From Bacteriovoracaceae bacterium (GTDB taxonomy: Bacteria > Bdellovibrionota > Bacteriovoracia > Bacteriovoracales > Bacteriovoracaceae): a stretch of 23,548 nt of DNA. The DNA is taken from assembly GCA_049599895.1 (NCBI GenBank), contig JBMYPC010000042.1, positions 1-23,548 of the forward strand, written 5' to 3'. Below the pieces are notes generated by a model. It was not told the origin of the DNA and did not search any database. It saw only the letters and a program-made list of their open reading frames with translations. The position numbers and the translations under genes were made by a program. This document shows, in pieces, positions 1 to 8,544 of the stretch (position 1 is its first letter; the number at the start of each line of letters is the position of its first letter).

Positions 1-284
1 TGAATAAAAAAGGTGTCTAAACGAATTCCTTTGATTTTTGTGTTCACGTCTTGATTTGAAAATGTTTCTGATTGTGGAGAATCTAATAAAGTTTTTGCTC
101 CAAACTCAAGATGGGTTTGTTCAAAAATAAATCGTTTTGAGAGACCGATATTGAACGTTGAGTTATAAGACTCTTGGTACTTTGAATGATTTTGAGCGAT
201 TTCTAATGAGAAGTTCGTAGAGCTAATAAAGCCTAAAGCATTTGAGCCTATGAAAAATGTAAGGAGAACCTTATAAAATTTCAT
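1..284 (-). CDS. Exported protein, possibly an outer-membrane beta-barrel (N-terminal part only, runs off the window start)
   Basis: Not in the ORF track. ATG at 284 overlaps the stop of the dehydrogenase gene and reads open to the edge: MKFYKVLLTFFIGSNALGFISSTNFSLEIAQNHSKYQESYNSTFNIGLSKRFIFEQTHLEFGAKTLLD... It has a signal-peptide-like N-terminus and alternating hydrophobic, beta-strand-like segments. Confidence 0.7.
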   Translation of the reverse strand, partial: MKFYKVLLTFFIGSNALGFISSTNFSLEIAQNHSKYQESYNSTFNIGLSKRFIFEQTHLEFGAKTLLDSPQSETFSNQDVNTKIKGIRLDTFFI

Positions 285-1320
285 CTTTTATTCTTTCAAA
301 ATAATCCAAAGATGTTTGCCAAATATGCTTATTTTCTATCTGATTGAGAAGAGTCGGGAGTAATTGGGATGAAAAGTCATCACTACTTTCTTTTGGAAGA
401 GCTGAAGGGAGATTGTCGATGGCCACAATATCAAGCCCTTTAATATTCGTTTCTCTATAGGGCCGATCCCAACTTGTGAGCTCATTATAAATCGGTATTG
501 GATTCCAAGGGCTATTGGGATCACAGCTTACATCTGAGACAACCTTAAGCTTTGCATCGTCACCATAGTTCTCTTTTGAGATAAAAGGAGGGATTTTAGA
601 CTGTAAATAAACACAGTTAATAAAAAGCTCGTGTTCAAGAATTTCTGGAAATTGAGATTTTCCGGTTGTTTCCTTTCGATCCCATTTCGTAAGCTCAACA
701 CCGAAGGCTGAAAGAGCATCAACGGCCCCTTTCCCACATCGGCCTCTCGCTCCGATAATGAGCACTTTAATTTTTTCGATTTCATTAAATTCTTCGAAGA
801 GTTCTTTTTTCATATCATCAATGCTATCAAAAGAATTAAGAGACCAATCGCGGTTTGAGTTCTTTTCAAGATAATGTTTGAGAGCAAGAGTTCCACCGAC
901 AAACCCTGCCCAATAACCAAAAGCTGCAACTCTTCTTTTATTTTCATCTTGAAGAAACTCTAAATCATAAAGGGTTCCTTCTCCTTTTTCATATTGTTTA
1001 AAAACTTTGGGAGCATCGGTTTGCCCTTTGAAAATATGAGCAAAGTACATGTGTTTCCCATGAATTTTTTCAAAAGACAGAGGAAGTTCTTTAAGTCCTA
1101 AAATTAAAAGATTTTGGTCTTGAACTTTTTCCCATGCATGTTCTGAGATGATCTTGCATCCGACATCTTCATAATCTTTGTCTGAATAAATGCGGTTTTT
1201 TGAACTTTCAACGTCAACAACAATACCTTTTTCAAGGAGCTTTTTAGCATCATTTGGGGTGAGGGGAGTTCTTCTTTCAGAAGCTTTATATTCACTTCTG
1301 AGAATAATTTTCTTATACAT
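271..1320 (-). CDS. Saccharopine dehydrogenase (NAD+, L-lysine-forming), fungal Lys1-like, AlaDh/PNT fold
   Basis: Motifs collinear with yeast Lys1: LRSEYKASERRTPLTP, GLKELP (catalytic Lys), FAHIFKGQ (catalytic His), YDLEFL..RRVAAFGYWAGF, IIGARGRCGKGA, DVSCD, IDNLPS. Confidence 0.88.
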   Translation of the reverse strand: MYKKIILRSEYKASERRTPLTPNDAKKLLEKGIVVDVESSKNRIYSDKDYEDVGCKIISEHAWEKVQDQNLLILGLKELPLSFEKIHGKHMYFAHIFKGQTDAPKVFKQYEKGEGTLYDLEFLQDENKRRVAAFGYWAGFVGGTLALKHYLEKNSNRDWSLNSFDSIDDMKKELFEEFNEIEKIKVLIIGARGRCGKGAVDALSAFGVELTKWDRKETTGKSQFPEILEHELFINCVYLQSKIPPFISKENYGDDAKLKVVSDVSCDPNSPWNPIPIYNELTSWDRPYRETNIKGLDIVAIDNLPSALPKESSDDFSSQLLPTLLNQIENKHIWQTSLDYFERIKDEIL

Positions 1321-1321
1321 A

Positions 1322-2515
1322 CTAGACCTTTACTAACTCTTTTGTGCTTCTGACAAAGATTCTTAGAATTGTTATTACCATAACAAATATTGCTGTTACC
1401 GTTAAGATATCTGTGGGTGGATAAGTCTTAGAGAGAAACCCTGCTATTAACGCCCCAAGCACGTTGGGAACCATAAAAGAAACTTCGATTGCCGAGTAAA
1501 CCTGAGGTTGAAGCTTTGATTCGACAATTTCAGAAACCAATCCGAATTGCCCGCTGACTCGAATGAAAACCACAAGACCCCAACAGAGAAAGAGAAAGAG
1601 AGAAACAAACTCAGATGATTGAAATACCCAAACCAAAAAGATGAGGTTCTCTAAAAAAACTGATGTGAAAATAATCTTTCCAGCTTTAAAAAACTTTAAA
1701 AGATAAAGAAAGGCGGCTCCTCCAAGAAGTCCTCCGAGACCAAATAATGAAATTGAAAGTCCATAAACCTCGTTAGGCTTGTCAGAGATTGTTTCAAAAT
1801 AAGGTAGAAGCATTGAGAGAAGAACACCAACAGTAAGGCCACAGAAGAGACCATTCAGATTCATCGCACGGATGGGGTAACTTTTAAAACTATAGTGCAT
1901 TCCTCTTTTGAATGTTTCGAAAAATGAAGTTTGAGTTAAATCTTTTTTCTTTTCATAAAGAATCGATAAGAGAATGAAACTTCCTAAAAGATAAGAAATG
2001 ATGTCGAAGACCACAATACTTTGAAAGCCAATTTTTGTGAACAGTAAGGTGGCAATTATGGGAGCAACAAGGTGAATAATGGCAAAAGACGTACTGTGAA
2101 TCGCTTGAGCTTTTTTTGTCTCTTCAGGTTTTACGAGAAGATTGATGAAGCTCTTTTTGTTAGGGCTGAAGACTCCTGTAAAAAAGGCAATACTTGAATT
2201 GGCCAAAATCACGGTAAGAGGATCCTTAAAAAATAAAAGGGTAAGAGTTAATGGAATTCGAATTAGCTCACAGGTGATGAGGATTTTTTTGATGGCAAAT
2301 TTCGAGCTAAGACTTCCACCTAAAAGACTTCCAATGAAAAATAAAAGAATAAATACACCACGAGAAAGACCCATATAAAAAGGATCTTGTCCTGAGATTT
2401 GATAGAGATGCAAGACAATCGCCGTCTCTGTAACAAAACCACCTAATTCAGAGCAGAGGCCTGCTATGAAAAGCTTTCTGAAGTTTTTGTTTTTTGTCAG
2501 CAATGCGGGGATCAT
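1322..2515 (-). CDS. Major facilitator superfamily transporter (efflux/DHA3-like)
   Basis: 397 aa with about 12 hydrophobic segments. N-terminal NKNFRKLF and motif-A-like GSLSSKFAIKK. Stop codon lies 1 nt before the dehydrogenase ATG. Confidence 0.85.
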   Translation of the reverse strand: MIPALLTKNKNFRKLFIAGLCSELGGFVTETAIVLHLYQISGQDPFYMGLSRGVFILLFFIGSLLGGSLSSKFAIKKILITCELIRIPLTLTLLFFKDPLTVILANSSIAFFTGVFSPNKKSFINLLVKPEETKKAQAIHSTSFAIIHLVAPIIATLLFTKIGFQSIVVFDIISYLLGSFILLSILYEKKKDLTQTSFFETFKRGMHYSFKSYPIRAMNLNGLFCGLTVGVLLSMLLPYFETISDKPNEVYGLSISLFGLGGLLGGAAFLYLLKFFKAGKIIFTSVFLENLIFLVWVFQSSEFVSLFLFLCWGLVVFIRVSGQFGLVSEIVESKLQPQVYSAIEVSFMVPNVLGALIAGFLSKTYPPTDILTVTAIFVMVITILRIFVRSTKELVKV

Positions 2516-2747
2516 TTCTCTCTCAATATTTTATTCAGCTAAGTCTGCATTCTACTTTTATAAGAGTGAGATTGTACTTAGAAAAAACCGATTTTCGTTG
2601 TTGAGTAATCTACTTTAGTTTGTTCAAAGGTAGTGTAAGACTTTGTTCGTCGAAGAGCCTCTAAGTCATTTATTTGTAAGGAGATATTAGAGAATTGTAA
2701 AGACAAGATCGATACTCTATTAAGAATCACGATTTCAAGAGGAAATT

Positions 2748-3941
2748 ATGAAGAAGTATTTATTGTCTATGGTTTTAGTCGGTTTTGCCTTTACTGCAAA
2801 CGCTGGAAATGGAGATGACGCCATTTTCCTTCATATGGGTAAAGACATTTTTAATTCACTTTCAAAAGATTTCAAAGAACGGTTCAAAGTTTATGAAAAA
2901 AACGAAGAGAAGGTTCTTCTTGAAACCGATAGGGATGCTCTTCCTTGGATCTCACAATTGATTCACAGAAGGTTTCAGCAATGTGGTGGTTTTCAAACCT
3001 ATTTTGATAAGAAAGAAGCAGTTGAAGACTTTCATAAAAAAGTTGTTTTCCTAAAGGCGGCAAATGAAGTTGAGCTTTATGGACTTAATCAAGAAAAGAA
3101 TGTTCTCCAGATGATGCCAGATGTGGTTTCTGAGAACATCAAAGAGACGATTGTTAAACTTTCTAGTTATCACAATCGTTATTATGATGCTCAAACCGGC
3201 GTGGATGCTGTGACCTGGATCAAAAACCATTGGGAAGACCTAATTCAATCAAGATCAGATGCGAAAGTTGAGTTTTTTAACCATTCTCGCTGGGCCCAAC
3301 CATCAGTTATTCTCACGATTGAGGGGAGTTCTAAAAAAGATGAAATTGTTGTTGTGGGCGGGCACGCCGACTCAATTGCTGGATTTTGGGGAAGAAGTAC
3401 GGCAAGAGCACCTGGAGCTGATGACAATGCTTCTGGAATTGCAACCATGACTGAGACCATTAGAGTTCTTGTGAAAAATAACTTTAAACCTGAACGAACT
3501 GTGAAGTTCATGGCCTATGCCGCTGAGGAAGTTGGGCTTCTTGGTTCAAAAGAAATTGCAAAGAGCTTTAAGAAGGCCGATAAGAATGTCATTGGTGCAC
3601 TTCAACTTGATATGACAAACTTTAATGGATCAGAGCAAGAGATTGTGATGATGTCTGATTTTACCGATGCTGGGCAAAATCGTTTTATTGGCTCACTTCT
3701 TAGTAAATATCAAAAAAATGTTAGCTGGGGTTATGATAAATGTGGCTATGCTTGTTCTGATCACGCGTCATGGCATCAACAAGGCTATCCTGCCTCAATG
3801 CCATTTGAAGCGACAAAATCAAAGATGAACAAAAAGATTCATACTGCTGGGGACACCATCAGTGTTTCTGGAGACAATGCCATTCATGCAGCGAAATTCG
3901 CACGCCTGGCTGTCTCTTATGTCGCTGAACTTTCGAATTAA
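2748..3941 (+). CDS. Secreted M28 family zinc aminopeptidase (Vibrio leucyl aminopeptidase-like) with propeptide
   Basis: Signal peptide ending ANA. Co-catalytic Zn motifs GGHADS, GADDNASG, YAAEEVG, QLDMTN and IHT, plus the CGYACSDHASW disulfide loop. SD (GAGGA) upstream. Confidence 0.93.
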   Translation: MKKYLLSMVLVGFAFTANAGNGDDAIFLHMGKDIFNSLSKDFKERFKVYEKNEEKVLLETDRDALPWISQLIHRRFQQCGGFQTYFDKKEAVEDFHKKVVFLKAANEVELYGLNQEKNVLQMMPDVVSENIKETIVKLSSYHNRYYDAQTGVDAVTWIKNHWEDLIQSRSDAKVEFFNHSRWAQPSVILTIEGSSKKDEIVVVGGHADSIAGFWGRSTARAPGADDNASGIATMTETIRVLVKNNFKPERTVKFMAYAAEEVGLLGSKEIAKSFKKADKNVIGALQLDMTNFNGSEQEIVMMSDFTDAGQNRFIGSLLSKYQKNVSWGYDKCGYACSDHASWHQQGYPASMPFEATKSKMNKKIHTAGDTISVSGDNAIHAAKFARLAVSYVAELSN

Positions 3942-4019
3942 TACTTTGCTGGATGAAACTCACCATGGTAAAAATGGTGGAGAGATAACTCCTTCATTTT
4001 ACTATGGGTCGCAACGTTA

Positions 4020-6605
4020 GTGTTACAACGTATTCCACAATTAATTGATTTTGAAGCCTTGCGGTCAACGCTTGTGACCGAAAGAGAAACTCTTCTTAAA
4101 ACCAATGCCTTTTCAGACGAGCGGCTTCTGAGAGAAACAGAAGACGCTGAACTTGTTCTTGATCATTTAAGTGAGATCCAAACAAAGCTTTTTAAGTTCT
4201 TTAAAGAATTTCCAAGTCTTATTAGAAATTTTCAAGAAACCTATATCTCGCTTCCTGAGTTTTTCTCAAGAGAGTACATCCTCGATATCTGTTTTATTGA
4301 TGATTGCTTATTTCCTGAAAAAGATCTTTTTTATTTAGGCCCTGATGGCTCACTTGATCCTTTGGTATTTAAAATTCAACAAAAAGAATTTACCGATTGG
4401 ATTGATGTGACGAAAACAGTGCATCTTGATACTCAAAAGTTCTTAAAAACAGAGTTTGATCCAAGGGTTCGTTTTGCTGACCTTGGTTGTCGGTGCCAAC
4501 AATGCCAATCAGATTATCGCTCTCAACTTAGAGAGTCCCTATTTAATAGGGGAAGTGAGATTTTAGAGTCAGCACAAAAGATGATCAAAGACTCCGGTGA
4601 CAAAGAAATACAATTCTACTTTCAAACATTTAAAAAAATGAAGACCGAAGTGGATCAACTTCTTATTAAAAGTCGTCATCAATTAAAACGAAGCACAATC
4701 AACAGACTTGAAGATCAGTTTAAGTCTCATATTAGACGAAATTTTGCTTATCCTTCAGAATTATCTCAAAAAGTTGTGACGAAGCTCAAACCGGTTCTTA
4801 AGCATAGCTTATATGATCAAGGCTATTCAGATGATATTATTAGTGAAGAAGAGTTTGTTAAGTTTTTCACTCAAATTCAAACTAATCTTTGGAGAGGGGA
4901 AAAGTATCTTATAAAAGAATTTAAAAAGTTCTTCCGCTCACTCCTTCTTCTGAAAAGAAAAGATGTTTCCTCAAAGATTCTGAATACCTATCTCGGTGAG
5001 TTTTGGACACATTCTCAAGCGAGAACTTTAAAACGAAAAATTGTTTATCATATGGGCCCGACGAACTCGGGGAAAACCTATCATGCAATTCAAGCCTTGA
5101 AAGCAGCAGAAAAAGGTTGTTACCTTGCTCCTCTAAGGCTTCTTGCAGCTGAACTTTACGATACTCTTAACCATGCTGGGGTGAAGACCACGCTTCTTAC
5201 CGGTGAGGAGGTTATTGAAGAGTCTGAGGCCACTCACGTTTCTTCAACTATCGAGATGGCAAGATTTCAACAGGTGTTTGATTGTGCTGTGATTGATGAA
5301 ATCCAAATGATTAAAGACCCGCAAAGAGGGTGGGCTTGGACAAGGGCCCTTGTGAATATCTTTTCACCTGTGATTCATGTTTGTGGAGATCATTCGGCTT
5401 ATGATCTCGTGAAAAACATTGCCGATCTTTGTGGTGATGAAATTGAAGTCAAAAATTATGAAAGAATGACTGAGCTTAAAGTTGAAGAGAAAAGTATTTA
5501 TCTTGATCAGCTACAAAAAGGCGATGCCCTGATCGTTTTTTCAAGAAGAAATGCGCTCCGTTATAAAAATGAGCTCGAAAAGCTTGATTTCAAAGTTTCG
5601 ATTGTCTATGGACGACTTTCACCTGAAGTTCGTCGTGAACAAGCTCGAAAGTTTGATGAAGGAGAGACAGATATTATTGTCTCAACTGATGCGATTTCAA
5701 TGGGAATGAATCTCCCTATCAGAAGAATTGTTTTTTCCACTCTTTCAAAATATATCAACAATAAAGAATACCGTATCTCTGCAAGTGAAATTAAGCAGAT
5801 TGCAGGCCGAGCAGGTCGATACAAAAGATTTCCAACTGGTTATGTTACAACTCTAAAAAAAGTTGATCGAGGTCTTGATATTATTGAAGATGCTCTTCAA
5901 ACGAATCTTGCTCAGTCTGAAAAATGTATGGTTGGTCCAGACCTTGATATTTTTAGCCAAGTCAATGGCGAATTAAAGAAGCACGAGTTACCTCATCTTA
6001 AATTCTCTGAATTTTTAAGACTCTTTTATACAATGAAATTCAAAAGGCCATTCTTCTGTGTCGAGCTTGCAGAGATGATTGAACTTTCAGAAATGGTTGA
6101 AGACAGTGATAAGACAAAGATTCTAACAGATGCTGAAGTTTTTGGATTTGCATGTGCTCCAGTGAATATGGGGCTGATCGATCATGTACAGTTTTATATG
6201 TCGATTGTTAATAACTATACAGCACAAAAGCCAATTCTCTACAGGCCAATTGAACATGATTCCTATGACATCGATTATCTTGAGACTTCAATTAAGTGTG
6301 TTGAACTCTATCAATGGCTTGCCAGGCATTTTAATAATAAGAATTTTGACTTTGATGCCACTGAAATTGCAGTTAATAAGTCCAGTGCGATTGATAAGCT
6401 GAATGATCTTCTTTCAGATAAATGGAGTTCATCAAATATTGTAAAGCAATTTTCCCCTTACCATTCAAGACGAAAAGGAAGTGGAAAGGGGAAAGGGCAT
6501 TATAAAAAGGGAAAATCCTCAAAAGACTCTGGAGGGTTTCGAAAAAAGAAAACTAAGTTCAAAAGAAAATCTTCGTCAAAATTTAATAAATTTAAACGAA
6601 AGTAG
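4020..6605 (+). CDS. Suv3-like SF2 ATP-dependent RNA/DNA helicase with long N-terminal extension and basic C-terminal tail
   Basis: Suv3 signatures GPTNSGKT, PLRLLA, TGEE, DEIQM..DPQRGWAWTRAL, YGRLSPEVR, TDAISMGMN, QIAGRAGR. GTG start is the first possible start after an in-frame TAA at 3969. Confidence 0.92.
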   Translation: MLQRIPQLIDFEALRSTLVTERETLLKTNAFSDERLLRETEDAELVLDHLSEIQTKLFKFFKEFPSLIRNFQETYISLPEFFSREYILDICFIDDCLFPEKDLFYLGPDGSLDPLVFKIQQKEFTDWIDVTKTVHLDTQKFLKTEFDPRVRFADLGCRCQQCQSDYRSQLRESLFNRGSEILESAQKMIKDSGDKEIQFYFQTFKKMKTEVDQLLIKSRHQLKRSTINRLEDQFKSHIRRNFAYPSELSQKVVTKLKPVLKHSLYDQGYSDDIISEEEFVKFFTQIQTNLWRGEKYLIKEFKKFFRSLLLLKRKDVSSKILNTYLGEFWTHSQARTLKRKIVYHMGPTNSGKTYHAIQALKAAEKGCYLAPLRLLAAELYDTLNHAGVKTTLLTGEEVIEESEATHVSSTIEMARFQQVFDCAVIDEIQMIKDPQRGWAWTRALVNIFSPVIHVCGDHSAYDLVKNIADLCGDEIEVKNYERMTELKVEEKSIYLDQLQKGDALIVFSRRNALRYKNELEKLDFKVSIVYGRLSPEVRREQARKFDEGETDIIVSTDAISMGMNLPIRRIVFSTLSKYINNKEYRISASEIKQIAGRAGRYKRFPTGYVTTLKKVDRGLDIIEDALQTNLAQSEKCMVGPDLDIFSQVNGELKKHELPHLKFSEFLRLFYTMKFKRPFFCVELAEMIELSEMVEDSDKTKILTDAEVFGFACAPVNMGLIDHVQFYMSIVNNYTAQKPILYRPIEHDSYDIDYLETSIKCVELYQWLARHFNNKNFDFDATEIAVNKSSAIDKLNDLLSDKWSSSNIVKQFSPYHSRRKGSGKGKGHYKKGKSSKDSGGFRKKKTKFKRKSSSKFNKFKRK

Positions 6606-6614
6606 ATTTAGGTT

Positions 6615-7442
6615 ATGAATAATATTTATGACTATGCACTTTCAATATTAAAGTCAGGATCTATTGAAGACAAGGTCACTCCTTACCAAGGAAAAATGGA
6701 CTTTTGTTTATGGAAGGGAATCGATTGGAAAGATCATTACCCTGAAAGAGAAAGAAAGATCGCTTTCTCATCAATTCAAGAAAAGTTTCCCAAGGTTTCA
6801 AAGTTTCACGATCAATCAATTAGAGCAAAAGCACTTCATTTCTTTGCCAATCATGAACTGCTTGCCATAGAGATTATGGCCTTGATGATAGTGAAGTTTC
6901 CAACACTTACTCAAGATGATCATCGAGTGAAATTAGGTCTTCTTAAGACTTTAAAAGATGAGCAGATTCATTTTAATCTTTACCTTAAAAGAATGAGGCA
7001 GCTAGGGATTGATTTTGGTGATTATCATCTCAATGATTTCTTTTGGCGCTATACAGACAAGTTAAAGAGTCTTGATCAGTATTATTGTTTTATGCCTTTG
7101 ACATTCGAAGCGGCAAATCTCGATTTCAGCTTGTTTTATCAAAAGGTTTTTCAAGATGTGGAGGATCATCAATCAGTTAAAATTTTAAAGAAAGTTTATG
7201 ATGATGAAATCTCCCATGTTCGTTTTGGTGTGCAAATGATTAAGGGGCAACAAAAGGGGCTCGATCTTTATAAGTTTTATCTTGAGAACTTACCTGAAGG
7301 GCTTTCACCGGCAAGATCAAAGGGAATGGTTTTTGATCATGTGGGACGGGAAAAGGCTGGCTTTGATAGAGAAATGATCGAAACAATTAAAACTTATAAA
7401 GATGACTTTCAGGTTGTCAATCGAAAGTCTGGTCATGACTGA
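6615..7442 (+). CDS. DUF455-family ferritin-like (di-iron) protein
   Basis: LHFFANHELLAIE, DEQIHF, FEAANLDF and DEISHV give two ExxH motifs plus flanking glutamates, typical of DUF455. Confidence 0.85.
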   Translation: MNNIYDYALSILKSGSIEDKVTPYQGKMDFCLWKGIDWKDHYPERERKIAFSSIQEKFPKVSKFHDQSIRAKALHFFANHELLAIEIMALMIVKFPTLTQDDHRVKLGLLKTLKDEQIHFNLYLKRMRQLGIDFGDYHLNDFFWRYTDKLKSLDQYYCFMPLTFEAANLDFSLFYQKVFQDVEDHQSVKILKKVYDDEISHVRFGVQMIKGQQKGLDLYKFYLENLPEGLSPARSKGMVFDHVGREKAGFDREMIETIKTYKDDFQVVNRKSGHD

Positions 7443-8544
7443 GAAGTATGCCAATAGAGTTAATATTTTCTTTGAAGAAGAGATAGCGACTGATCAAGAA
7501 GTTTTAAACTCATCCTTTGATTATTTATACTTTCTTATTGAAGAGTCTGAAGATGCACTTTATACCCGTACGACTTACAGTGATGAATATTTATCGAAGT
7601 TAAAAGAAGTTGGCTTAAACCCACAGAAAACTGTCAAAAAGGCCGCTGCTATTAAAAATTGGTGGTCAAAACCGAATCTTGATCGAGCAGTTTTGAAACG
7701 ATGGCTTTCAAAGTACCAATTGAATGAGTTTAAGAAGAAATTCGAAGAAGAGCTTAAAAATAAGTGTCTTTCTTTTATCATTGCGAACAATAAAAATGAT
7801 TTTGATCAATTTAGGAAACAATACAAAAAAATTGTTTGTAAAAAAGAATACTCATTTTCAGCAAGAGGTCAGCGGTATTTTTTAGAATCATTTAAGGAAA
7901 GTGATATCAGTGAATTTCCTGTGGTTTGTGAAGAATATCAAGGGCCAAAGCTGAATATTGGAACCCGAGTCTTTAATAATGAAATAAGAGATACATTTAA
8001 TATAGTCGATTCAAAAGGAGTCTACCGAGGATCCATTTTTTCAAAGGATGTCGAAGCCCTTTTTGAGGGAGAAATTTTTCAAAGTTTTCACCATGACAAG
8101 AAAATTCTTTCAGAAAAACTTCAAACAGAGCTTGAGGGTGAAGAGTTCCAATTCGATTCTTTTTTATATTTTGATCATGAAGATAATATCTCATTTCATA
8201 TGATGCACGATCTCAATTTACGGAAAAGTATGAGTGACATTGGCCATCGTCTCCTGAAACTAGAGAGATTCTCAGAATCATTACAAATCTTATTGTTTGT
8301 CCCTAAGTCTCTTGCCTTAAAGATTGAGAGCAGCTGCAATATTGGCTTTGATTCACTTTCTCCAAAGAGCTCTGCATTTGTTATTGCTCTTTTATTGGGA
8401 GAGAGTTTCGAAGAAGTTGTTCTCAACTTTCGAGAGAATGAAAAGCTTGAGGTAAAATTGACGCAAACAGAAAGAGCAGTTTATCATGATATATGTGAAT
8501 CCCTAGACTTCGTATTAGGATTGAAAAGAAAAAGTGGACTTTAA
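7435..8544 (+). CDS. Hypothetical protein, probable divergent ATP-grasp fold
   Basis: ATG at 7435 overlaps the DUF455 stop and is preferred over 7402. Ordered ATP-grasp-like motifs: LSK, VCKKEYSFSARG, VVCEEY, FQFDSF, HDLNLRKSM. Confidence 0.55.
   Translation: MTEKYANRVNIFFEEEIATDQEVLNSSFDYLYFLIEESEDALYTRTTYSDEYLSKLKEVGLNPQKTVKKAAAIKNWWSKPNLDRAVLKRWLSKYQLNEFKKKFEEELKNKCLSFIIANNKNDFDQFRKQYKKIVCKKEYSFSARGQRYFLESFKESDISEFPVVCEEYQGPKLNIGTRVFNNEIRDTFNIVDSKGVYRGSIFSKDVEALFEGEIFQSFHHDKKILSEKLQTELEGEEFQFDSFLYFDHEDNISFHMMHDLNLRKSMSDIGHRLLKLERFSESLQILLFVPKSLALKIESSCNIGFDSLSPKSSAFVIALLLGESFEEVVLNFRENEKLEVKLTQTERAVYHDICESLDFVLGLKRKSGL

Noticed and set aside
2630..2705. Three TGTAA(G/A) direct repeats and an IHF-like TAAGTCATTTATTT upstream of the aminopeptidase
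   Set aside because: Too short and AT-rich to distinguish from chance in this background.
3958..4000. Hairpins CACCAT-N7-ATGGTG and GGAG-N6-CTCC-TTCATTTT after the aminopeptidase as a terminator or attenuator
   Set aside because: The stems are short and weak and the U-tract is interrupted, so they cannot be supported without data.
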